In this document: one piece after another, positions 1 to 64,000 of the stretch
Layout of the letters: each line of letters begins with the position of its first letter
Position numbering within the stretch: the first letter of the stretch is position 1
NCBI GenBank assembly: GCA_030141605.1
Contig: JAQGDQ010000287.1
Span: forward strand, 124,001-188,000
DNA length: 64,000 bases
DNA from: Tubiluchus corallicola
Taxonomy: Eukaryota > Animalia > Priapulida
Direction of reading: 5' to 3'
Made by a program: the position numbers and the translations under genes
Notes under the pieces: generated by a model
Seen by the model: only the letters and a program-made list of their open reading frames with translations
Told to the model about the DNA's origin: nothing
The model's database searches: none

Positions 1-1461
1 ACAAAAAAAAATATTGCAAAAGCAGGTGGAGTAAGCTCCTTGTCTCATTACAGTTCTAACCTATTTAAACTTTAAAACTATACAGACAATGGCACGGTCA
101 CAGTTTGCAAATATTATTATTATTAATCCTTCATTTAACCAACAATTATACTCTACTGTACTACTCATTTCCGTAGTCCGCAATATCCACAGTGTGTACA
201 TAATGCAACAAAAACTTTGCTTTTCAGATACGTATTCTATGATACACATTTAAAAATAAGTCAGGAAAATTCCAAAGCAAAAAATTAACATTTTCAGCAG
301 TAGATGGCAGCACTGGCCACTCCTCAGAAAAAATGAAGTAAACCATTATTATTATAAATTTCTGATAGAACAGACTATTTTTGCTCTCTGTTCAATTCTG
401 GTTACACTGAAAATGTGTCTATATCAGATTCTATATCAGATGGGTAATGTGCTGCTGTATGCTCATCAATTAGTGCGAGACGTTCCTTTCCCCAATAATG
501 AACATTTTCCGTGTAACTTCAAATGGTGTGCACTCTTCCCTTGTCTGCTGCAAAATGTCAATACTCACATTGTGTAGTCAAATGTGTGCTTGCAAACACT
601 TATATCTTCTTAAATTGAAACACAGAAAAAAGGTAAGATTAGTCCGGTAATCTGATATCTTTGTCAAGCCATCTAAACAGACGGCACGGGAACTGTACCA
701 CTCTATTCTTTCTTCTAGTTTACCACTTTAGATCACCATTGCTAAATTATATTTCATTATACTATATTATATTATCAGATTCTTGGCTGGAATCTCTTTC
801 TGGGTAGCAGACATTTTGTGTCGATTTATTTCCGGACATAACAACATTTTGGCAGTTGTAACCATTATTCACTCTTCTAAAGAATGTGCACTGTCAAAAA
901 TAACCCGGTTGATAACGAAACAATTAATTCCTTCTTGAAAAAAGCACAGACCTTTCAGAAAGCAAGCTTCCAAGAAGTACAAAGTTATGTCTTCTTTAGA
1001 TCATGACAAACTGCCCATGTATCAGTACTGCCTCGAAGGTAGTACGTCTCCACAATGCTTTTATGCATCTGATTGTTCACATATTTGATAAACAATCGGA
1101 ATTCATTAACGACAAAAAGCAACTTGATCAAGCAGTCCAAAATGCAACTTATAGGACCAGTAACATAGAGAAATTTTCAATATTTCAAATTGTCGAACGA
1201 GCGCCTTTGTCTAGATTGCAGTTCATTTGGAAAAATCAGTGCTATATGCGTATCCGTAATCGATATATATATATATAAGCAGTCTAACACATCCATTGTC
1301 AGTAGATCAGCTCACCTGAAACTAAAGATGATATCTGCCTTTTCCTTGACTGACGGATATATAGATATAAATATCTATAATGTGACTATTGTCAGTACCA
1401 CAGTTCATATGCAGCTTTTGGCGCTACATGTCGATCATCTCTACTTTGCTGACTGATTGCA

Positions 1462-39295
<37,834 letters not shown>

Positions 39296-39305
<10 letters not shown>

Positions 39306-39325
39306 CTTTGAGATGACGGAAGTGC
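39296..39325 (-). promoter_or_regulatory. YY1-like motif over the NELF-A start codon and adjacent ETS-like motif
   Basis: Minus strand AAAGATGGCGTCC resembles the YY1 consensus; plus strand CGGAAGTG at ~39317. Motif match only. Confidence 0.35.
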
Positions 39326-39950
39326 AAGAAAAGCGAACGTTGGGATTTTGTTTCATCCTCATCATCATCACCACAAGAAGTCACGGCCATTGTCGTACGT
39401 ATGACAGCATAGCTAACTTACAGAGCCACAGATGAAGCCAGAGTTCAATTTCAACATTAAAATTTAGAATTTCCATATTTCAAATGACAAATTGTTATAA
39501 AAACCTCAAGTTGCATAATCAAAAATTAAAGCAGAAAGCTGTCTTATCTTGCACTTAAAAGGTAGGTTAAAAAGTTTGTCCAGAGCATAACACAAGTTTT
39601 TGCTAGCCTGATAGATGAATACAAACACAACGAGTAATAGCACAGAACAAATTCTGTAATAGTATTTTAAAAAATTAACATTTGATCTGCACTCTAACAG
39701 TTATCATTAAATAACTTGAAAATCTTTTTTTAGAATTCAGAATTTATTAGATTTACCATGAGCATACAATGAGCTTACGATGAAAGTTTACAAATTTCAT
39801 AAAGCATTAGCACATTCTTATAATTATTTGTAAGACTACGGTACGTCTCCAGACAGTACCAGAAAGGAAATCCGTGTTGGTGCTACCCAGAAAATGGAAA
39901 ATTTGAAAAAACAAACAAACAGGAGTTCATAATAATGATGTCCCTCCTCA

Positions 39951-39951
39951 T

Positions 39952-40020
<69 letters not shown>

Positions 40021-40033
40021 CTCTTTCTTTCTC
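39951..40033. repeat. (CT)n microsatellite
   Basis: Visible directly. Confidence 0.95.
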
Positions 40034-40061
40034 TTAAAGCTTAATACTTAAATATAATCAT

Positions 40062-40650
40062 TTGAAGAACTGTAATGCAGAAAAATATTTGGGATACGTT
40101 ATTTCAAATGATAATAAAGATGACCTTGACATAATTAATCAACGATCTTTGTACTATTGGCGTAGTAATCAACTTATCAGAAAACTTAGAAATTGTTCAG
40201 TTAATGTAAAAATCTGTTTATTTAATGCGTATTGCAATAGTGTGGCCACTTGGAGGCATTTTAATTTATACAACATCAGAAAACTGAAGGTTGCTCACAA
40301 TATTTCAATATCACAAAATTTTTGAGTATGAATACGATTACAGTGCTCGGTCTCTAAGTATACAGCTTGGTATAATCTATTTTTGATGTTATTTGTAGGA
40401 AATGTGTGTTTAATTGTTTTTGACTAGGTTTAATGGTAATACTAATGTTATATGCCAAAGTTTACTTCTTAATAATGCAAAATTTACGTCGCATATCAAA
40501 CGCCATTGGTGGAACTTACTATTAAGTCTGTAATTCTGTATATATCTGCGTTTATAAATTTACTGTGTTAATGTATGTGTGTTTTTGTTTCTTGCTGTAA
40601 ATATGTTTACGTAATGAACTTTGGTTTGAAATAAAAAGTTAAATAAAAAA
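40062..40650 (+). mobile_element. 5'-truncated, degenerate LINE 3' fragment
   Basis: EKYLGYVISNDNKDDLDI..Q....Y.RSN.L.R....CS.NVKICLFNAYC resembles the KYLG/thumb region of non-LTR reverse transcriptases; ends in an AATAAA/A-rich tail near 40630. Confidence 0.7.
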
Positions 40651-42313
40651 ATCAAATCTCTATCTCTCTCCCTTCTCTCTCTCTCACTCACTCTCTAGGT
40701 GGGGACAAAGTGCGAAATAGGAATAGGTGGAAATTTGTTATGTTGATGAGATGTTTCATAGTACGATGGTGTGAGGGTGATAACCAAGTCATGATAGTTT
40801 CCAGTGCACAGATATAGCCAAAATAAGAATGAAAATTAAAAAGAGGCACAATTGATTCCCATTATGTTGCTTAATTTTTATGAAGACGAACCTAAATAAG
40901 CCTTTTAATAGGGATGAATTAAATGACTGTTGTGAGCATTTGCGTGTACATCCCTAGTACATGCTATGAAGGACATTATACATTCATATTGCAACACATA
41001 CGCATTCAAAGTGACTATTCTGCCGTATGTCGCAAAAATTCTGCTATTGTGCAGTTAAAATATTGATTTTGGTAAAGAAATTAATATTATGAAATTTGTT
41101 GATAAATTTTGTGGGTTATTTGTCAAACTAATTAATGCGCTTTTACGATTGAAAACTTCACAGTGCAAAATAATTTATTGCTTCAAATTATTGCTCAATC
41201 ATTAGAGGGAATCTATCGTGTCCTCAATAATTTTAAGAGTAGAATAGAAGCCCGAGCCTCTTTCACAGCCTTCAATCTCGGGGGTAATATTGGAATAGAT
41301 TGAACTGAATGGCTCGGCAATTTGTCGCCTCAACTCTGCCGAACGCATTTGAATATCAGCTATGATCCAAGACAGGCCGTTGATCGATATTAAAAAGAAA
41401 CTGGCTCGTGAGACATCTGCAAAATGTGTTGGGCGATCTTAATTCAGTTCGACCCAGACCTCTTCTGGTCTCTGGTCATACTACCTCTCAAGAATGCAAA
41501 CTGTGCGAGATGCGCGAACTCGCCAGGCTCCTACGTTAATATCGAGGGTGAAGTTGATTCATAATTCTATATTTGCTCAAATTCACAACTGATTAAGCAG
41601 TGCTTTGATCCAACAAAGTGTCTGGTACCATTAACGTTGTTTTTATTACCGTCAGAGGCCTAGCAATAGGTTGTGTTATTAGGCTGTTGATCTATTAATT
41701 TTGCTATTAAGCATCAAAGCTCTTATGCAGGTATTAACTCACCATTTTATGGCCTTTTTCTTCCTGGGTGCAGTTTGCCTGGAATTTTGCATTACAACTG
41801 TATCGAACTTCTTATTTATGATGTCTTTCATTGAACTTGGAGAAGGTAAGGCATCAATTTGCGATAAAGGATTATAAGTCTAGATTTCTACTTTTTTCTT
41901 ATTTTGCGGTACCTAGTTTTATTGCAACGGTTTTTGTCATTTGAAATAAATGTTTAGATTCTCATGTTTTTAAACGTTAATTATTTTATTTACAAAAATG
42001 AGAAGATATAATATACATGCATACATATACACATCATGACTATCGAAACCTAAAATTTGCATGAATGAGTAGACTTACAATACTAACAGGAGTTTCCACC
42101 CTAGTTAACAAAATCGTGAAGCTGCATGCTGAAACTTCAATCCATAATTGTATTATTACACTATAAAGTTTATCATTATTAATTACCCAGTGTATTATCA
42201 TGCAGTCATGATGTGAATTACTGCATAAGCATAAAACTATAGTCGTGACATTTAAATCAGTACGTAAATCACAGTGATGCAATTTCACATTGAGGGTAAC
42301 AAGTTTCTTTATT

Positions 42314-58636
<16,323 letters not shown>

Positions 58637-59435
58637 GTTTTCTGCTACTATTCTGGTAAGGCGTCTTGACAGTTCACTGTATCATGCGGTGTATTGGGAC
58701 CGACCTACCCACTCTGTTATTAGGATTTTTATGACAGTTATTACAATAAAGAAAGTATCTCTGGTGTTTAATGATGTACGTTTACCGCAAGAGACCTTGC
58801 CCCTCCATAAAAACTATTAGAAGTTTACTAATAGGCTAACAGCTTTAGCTTCTTCACACAAGTGTGCAATGAAAGGCCACTATCGCATGATGCTAGTACT
58901 GTCATGTCAATAATGCCATAAACAGGAACTTTTATGTTTTATGTTAACTTTGTGCTTTAATAAGAAGTTTGGGAGAGAACAGCCGAGTGGTCATGGTTTA
59001 ACAACCATGTTAAGCAATGCGGAGTCTGGTCTGTAAATGAACGACAAACAGCTTATGCGTAGTTTCTTCATGTGCCATACTCCTACCGGTTGCTCATCTC
59101 ACTGAGGGACGATACACAATTGTATATGATAGGTAGATCAAAACATGGGTAAGGCGCTTCTATTTGTCGGTTTATTATCTTAGAGTCTACGGTCTTGAGG
59201 TTTTGCCTTGATGTGTCCTGGTCTTGCCACAATGTACATTAAACAGACCTTACTGTCATCTTGCGTTTTCATATAAGCACGCAGTTCTTCTATTCCGAAT
59301 AACCTACCTGATTTTGCTGTCATTTATAATCTTTAATTTGGTTGGTTACTATCTTAGGTTCTGTACAAGATACCATTTGCATATCCATCACTTCATGTAC
59401 AAGCTATAAAGTTTTCTTGATTTTATTACTGTGAA

Positions 59436-59882
59436 TCTGTGTAACCTAGCCACCTGGGGGGGGGGGTGTTGCAAGCCAGCCCAACTCAGTGCCGGTCCCA
59501 AGCCCGGATAAATAGGGAGGGTTAGGGTCAGGAAGGGCATCCGCCTGTAAAAACTGCGCCAAAACCTTCTATGAATGAGTCGGTGAGACTTAAAGGTAAA
59601 GTCCACAAAGCAGTGGTCAGACCCGCTCTAATCTATGGGCTGGAAGCAGCTTCTCTAAAGAAGACCGAAGAAAAGAAAATGGATGTGGTGGAGATGAGGA
59701 TGTTGAGATGAATGGAAATAGAAGAAGAGGACGACCCAAGCGAAGATGGATTGAATGTATTAATGGAGACCTTAGAGAGAAGAACATAAATGAAGAGATG
59801 GTCAACAACAGGAATGCGTGGAGAAAACTCACTCACAACGGCGACCCTGCATAGGGAAAAGCTGGGAAGAAGAACAAGAAGA
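59436..59882 (+). mobile_element. Internally deleted non-autonomous RTE-clade retroelement with both ends, (GAA)n tail and TSD
   Basis: TSD ATTACTGTGAA (59425-35, 59883-93); RTE 5'-UTR motif GTCAGGAAGGGCATCCG..TGTAAAA; ORF remnants [18 protein letters not shown]...[10 protein letters not shown] and RRRGRPKRRWIECINGDL...NRNAWRKLTHNGDPA*; GAAGAAGAACAAGAAGAA tail. Confidence 0.9.
59442..59527 (+). ncRNA. Twister ribozyme core (type P1) at the 5' end of the RTE element; P1 5' strand missing or degenerate
   Basis: UAA-CCUA-GCC-[P3 insert]-GCCGGUCCCAAGCCCGG-AUAAA-UAGG-GAGGG follows the twister consensus; P2 CCUA/UAGG, P4 CCGG/CCGG with loop UCCCAAGC. Confidence 0.85.
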
Positions 59883-61319
59883 ATTACTGTGAAGATCTGA
59901 TGCGTCGTCTAGTTCCGTGTTTCAAATAAGGAGAAGTAATGACTTTTTGTTATCAGCAGTGCAGCCATAAGTTAGTGATGGTGAAAAAGTTGAAAATTTC
60001 AAAGCGTATAGCTAGAAGTTATTATAATCTGATATAATTATGCTTCAGCGGGGATTTGAACTCGTGTCTGCTATTTGCATTTCCGCCTGAAATTAGCATT
60101 CAAAAATACCAACTTTTTGTTTAGTTATTTAATTGTCAGTTGGCGTGACATGAACAACACATTTCGAACTTTGTTGCTGAATCCTTGTAATTACTGCTGT
60201 TCACTAAGTTAAACAACATTGGCTCTGGTCAGTGAATAGATGGAGATATTAAATGTAGACAATATTGAGTATGCTTCCGATGTTTAAGTATGCATCCACA
60301 GTGGAATTTACAGAAAAACTTGGCATTCAGAAGTTTAATTTCAATCCTAGACATATGATAGAAATTTCATTGTCAGACTACTAACCTATTTCATGTAAGT
60401 GCCTTTGGCAACATTTTGCCTTGCGTTTATATAAGAGAAAAAATGTTGTTTTCCGTGTATATCCGCCCCATTTCAATCCCAACAACACAAAATATGCAAT
60501 GATCTAGTAGGTACATTGCATTAGTGAATGTAATTATCGATTGAAATTTTGGATTCAAACACACAACAAACAGTTCATTTTAGTATTTTCTCTCTAGCCA
60601 CAAATGCAGTTGGTTTGAATAAATGTTTACAAATTCAATGGATACATATGTTGGAAATCATAACTGCAACGAGGTGGTACCTAAAACAAATAACATATTT
60701 TTCACTCAGGCTTGATGATTTTTGGCCCCAGCAGGCTCCATCTTGAATTTATACGCACATCTCAGAAGTACTAAAGCCGATTTTTTTTGAGGGTATGTGA
60801 AATCACATTCTAACAGAATCTGAAAAGAAACATTATTTTACAATTTGTTATAAGTTACTTGTTATCTTTACCCCCCCGTAACAGTATTTTTTATCTTTCA
60901 AGATCTAGTTATGTCAAATTGATTCCAGATGTTTCTCAGTTTAATTTTAATTTTGCCTTTTTTAATTAATAATTTAAATGTTTTTCTAATTCAACTTTTT
61001 AATGTATAGCTTCTTTAGGAATTTTCATGTTTTATTCTAATGATACTGTATACCTTACTTCATTTATCCGTATGTTTTTTCTCTTCTCACGATTTCAAGT
61101 GTTTTGTGTTTAAAAACGATGATAATTTCACTATTGCATTTCATTAGACAGCTGATGAAGTCTGTCTCAGAAGGGCATTAATCAATGTTCAAGTTCCTCG
61201 TCAAAATTAAGACGCTATTTTTCCACCCAGTTCCCGGTATTTGTGACAGTACTCGCACAATCCTGCAATTAAGTTAGTTTTGAAACAGAACTTGAAAAAC
61301 GAAAAATGCGAAGAAATTG

Positions 61320-61382
61320 GAGCACTGCATGGATTTGAACCAGGGGCCTGACTTTTTCACACTTAGTCCTAGGCTCTTAACC
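61320..61382 (-). mobile_element. tRNA-derived SINE head remnant
   Basis: Minus strand GGTTAAGAGC...CCTGGTTCAAATCC (A-box-like and B-box); no cloverleaf can be completed. Confidence 0.35.
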
Positions 61383-62094
61383 TCTTTCAAATGCATCCCG
61401 ATTTTCCAAATTTTTCACTTCACTCTTTTCAAGTAGCTTCAAATTTTGTTAATTATGAATTTACGCTACATTAATAAACATCTGAACATTTAAGATTATA
61501 AATAATTAATCACAACAGCTCAACCTATTACACTCTAATCAGTGTCCAGCTTACGATTGCCACATATCAGAATTCCTTCAGTTCCTTCCCCAAATTTTCT
61601 TAAAATGCAGTGAAAATAACATAATTCAACAAATACGTTGATTTCACTTCATTGTTTCAGTCATAAAGACAAGTTGTTTCTGGTTTTGTCAGTTTTGCTA
61701 TGATTTGCTTGACCACTGAGGAAGCCTAAAAAACTTTGAGTGAAAAGGTAGATAAATCAAAACTGCATTTTTTTCACTTAAAGTAGTAATTTATTTAGAA
61801 AAGATGGCAAATGACAAATGTGTCATACATGATTGTTGTTTACAGCAACTAAAATAAACAGAATGTAATCTTTCATCATGGAAACAACTTATGATGACGA
61901 CAAAACTAAAGTGAGCGAAATCTGCACACATCTTGTATACAATTCTGAAAATACCCAAAGATAAAGCACGATAATGTAGTTATCAACTTGAACACATATC
62001 AACTAAGTTTTATTAAACCTATAATGGTAAGGAACTCCTCCTTGACTAAGATAACACTGGTAAATTTAACTTAAGAATGAAAGGTAAATACTGA

Positions 62095-62322
62095 AAAACA
62101 ATGAACAATCAAAAAGAAACAATGAGTTGTTTCCATGAAGCAGTCAGACAATGAAAATAGATTAAAACAATGAGCTGTTTCCGAGAAGCTGTCAAACAAT
62201 GAACAAGAAATTGAAACAATGAGCTGTTTCCAAGAAGCTGTCAAACAATGAACAAGGAGTTGAAACAATGAGCTGTTTCCGAGAAGCTGTCAAACAATGA
62301 ATAATGAACTGAAACAATGAGC
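62095..62322. repeat. 49-bp tandem repeat, ~4.5 copies
   Basis: Unit GAAACAATGAGCTGTTTCCGAGAAGCTGTCAAACAATGAACAAGAAATT, with AAACAATGA twice per unit. Confidence 0.9.
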
Positions 62323-63288
62323 CGGCTTGGGCCAGCAATTTCTGTACCATGATTCAAAACACAAGTCAAACTTATAATTAACTCCAATTCTATGAAAGAA
62401 TTATACTGCATCTGCGTAGGTATTAAATGACAGAACACATGATTATTATTGGCAGTTTACAAATTGTGAATTCAGTAAAAAGTTAACGTAGAATGCGAAC
62501 AGCTAACATTTTCACATAATTAGTCTTTCTTTCTGTAACTATACTATACAGTACTAGTGGACACTATCCTTCCATTAGATTCCACTATCCCTCCCACGAT
62601 CCTTTGATCTCATATGAAGAGCTGCGTTCCAGGCAGCTCCTAAATAAAAAATGTCATATAAGCTCAAAATAAAAAGCTATGCACATAATTCTATACACAT
62701 AAATAACTTAGCAACAAGATAAAACACTATGTACAAAACGGATATTTTGATATACAGAAGATAATGTATGTAATTAAAACTAATTGTACGTCTAGAAATG
62801 CAAAATGGTAACTGTTAAAACTGTCACATGGTAAAACGACAATGCAATTATAAAGCAAGTGATTTGTTTTAAACACAAATAAACTTTTTTTGGCTAAGCG
62901 GGTGAAACAACTATTAATAAACAACAAACAAAACCACGAATAAACGCGACAACGTAAAAATACACAAACTCGATACAAGTTCGTAAAATCTCCGAATATG
63001 AGTAAACTTTCACGGTAAAGTCATTATTTACAAACACTCCTCGTATCGGCTACGTCACACCATCTTGTAGAGAAATCACAGTTTAACGGCTGGTAACCAG
63101 AAGGCTGACCTACGTTGCTCACATCACAACCGTCACAATCGATTGTGTTCTGAGCTCACGAGTAAACAGTTCTTTGCCATTCAGTTTCCGCAGTTAAAAA
63201 CACTAATATGCAAAGAACAATTGTCCTAATTCGGCAAGTCAGGCTATCTACAGTCACTAATTAAGGCGTGGCACCCCCGCCGCTGATA

Positions 63289-63503
63289 CTAGCATGAATA
63301 GTCGGTGTAGAAATGGTGACCAGACGGCGGCTGTTCATAAATATTCGTTGATACTGGTTGATCACTGTAGTACGTGTGGGAAGGCACTCGCGGATAATAA
63401 TATTGATGATGACCTGGTTGGGACAGGTTGTGGTACATTTTACTACTAGGCACGGCTTGATGTGTTTGAGGAACCTCGCTGTAGTATCCTCTTTCGTGTA
63501 TAC
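63289..63503 (-). CDS. Probable terminal coding exon of an unidentified gene extending beyond the window
   Basis: Strong acceptor ATATTTTTGCAG, GC-richer than the flanks, frame reads GIHERGYYSEVPQTHQAVPSSKMYHNLSQPGHHQYYYPRVPSHTYYSDQPV...YTDYSC* (Tyr/His/Pro-rich); reading frame not proven. Confidence 0.5.
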
Positions 63504-64000
63504 CTGCAAAAATATGATCGGTGCAAAATGACGAAATTAAAGTGACAGCACGGAAACATATGAATCGTGTAAACTTAAAAAACTTCAAGAAGTCTCAGAA
63601 CGAATGAATCACAAATAAAATTCATGCCAGTCACAGCACAGAGGTCGAAGATTTTTAAATCTTACCCACTACTCAGTAATCGTGACGGTAATACATATTT
63701 CTTCCTAGGCATAGAATCATGCAAAACTGGAATCACGATTACACGAGTTTTTTTTTCAGCAAAGTAGTTTGCTTTTAATTTTGATAAGAAGCTAGAAAGA
63801 ACTTTTAAAAATTCTGAAACTTTTCTGATTTGTACGATGTTTTGTGCATAACTATGCTAAGCTAAAAAACTGGCATATTTTCATAAGATGGTTTGTTGCA
63901 ATCATGGCTGCGACAATTATTCTGTTTTAGCAATGAAATAATTTGCCATGTACTATTAGCAGAAGTTAATAATTTAAACCTGCTGCATTAACACGCAGTA

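Noticed and set aside
61716-61750. Penelope-type hammerhead ribozyme (CTGAGGA...GAAA)
   Set aside because: Core boxes present but stems II and III cannot be paired convincingly; at most a decayed remnant.

Overview
AT-rich eukaryotic (invertebrate, probably protostome/arthropod-like) genomic DNA with spliceosomal GT-AG introns; not prokaryotic and no CRISPR array. Two multi-exon genes were reconstructed by hand on the minus strand with phase-consistent splice sites: NELF-A (12 coding exons, 39305->1462, ~554 aa) and an M1-family type II membrane aminopeptidase N-like gene (20 exons, 58636->42314, ~956 aa). A probable terminal exon of a third gene lies at 63503->63289. Nested antisense inside the ~24 kb ninth intron of NELF-A is a tandem cluster of six intronless, unusually short ionotropic-receptor (IR/iGluR-like) genes, one of them a microhomology-deletion pseudogene; three copies arose from a ~4 kb tandem duplication that starts inside the preceding gene. 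Many TE remnants are present (solo LTRs, hAT/Charlie and PIF-like MITEs, LINE fragments, SINE heads). The most striking is a 447-bp non-autonomous RTE element with target-site duplications whose 5' end carries a twister-ribozyme core beginning at the predicted cleavage site. All coordinates were read by eye and may be off by a few bases.
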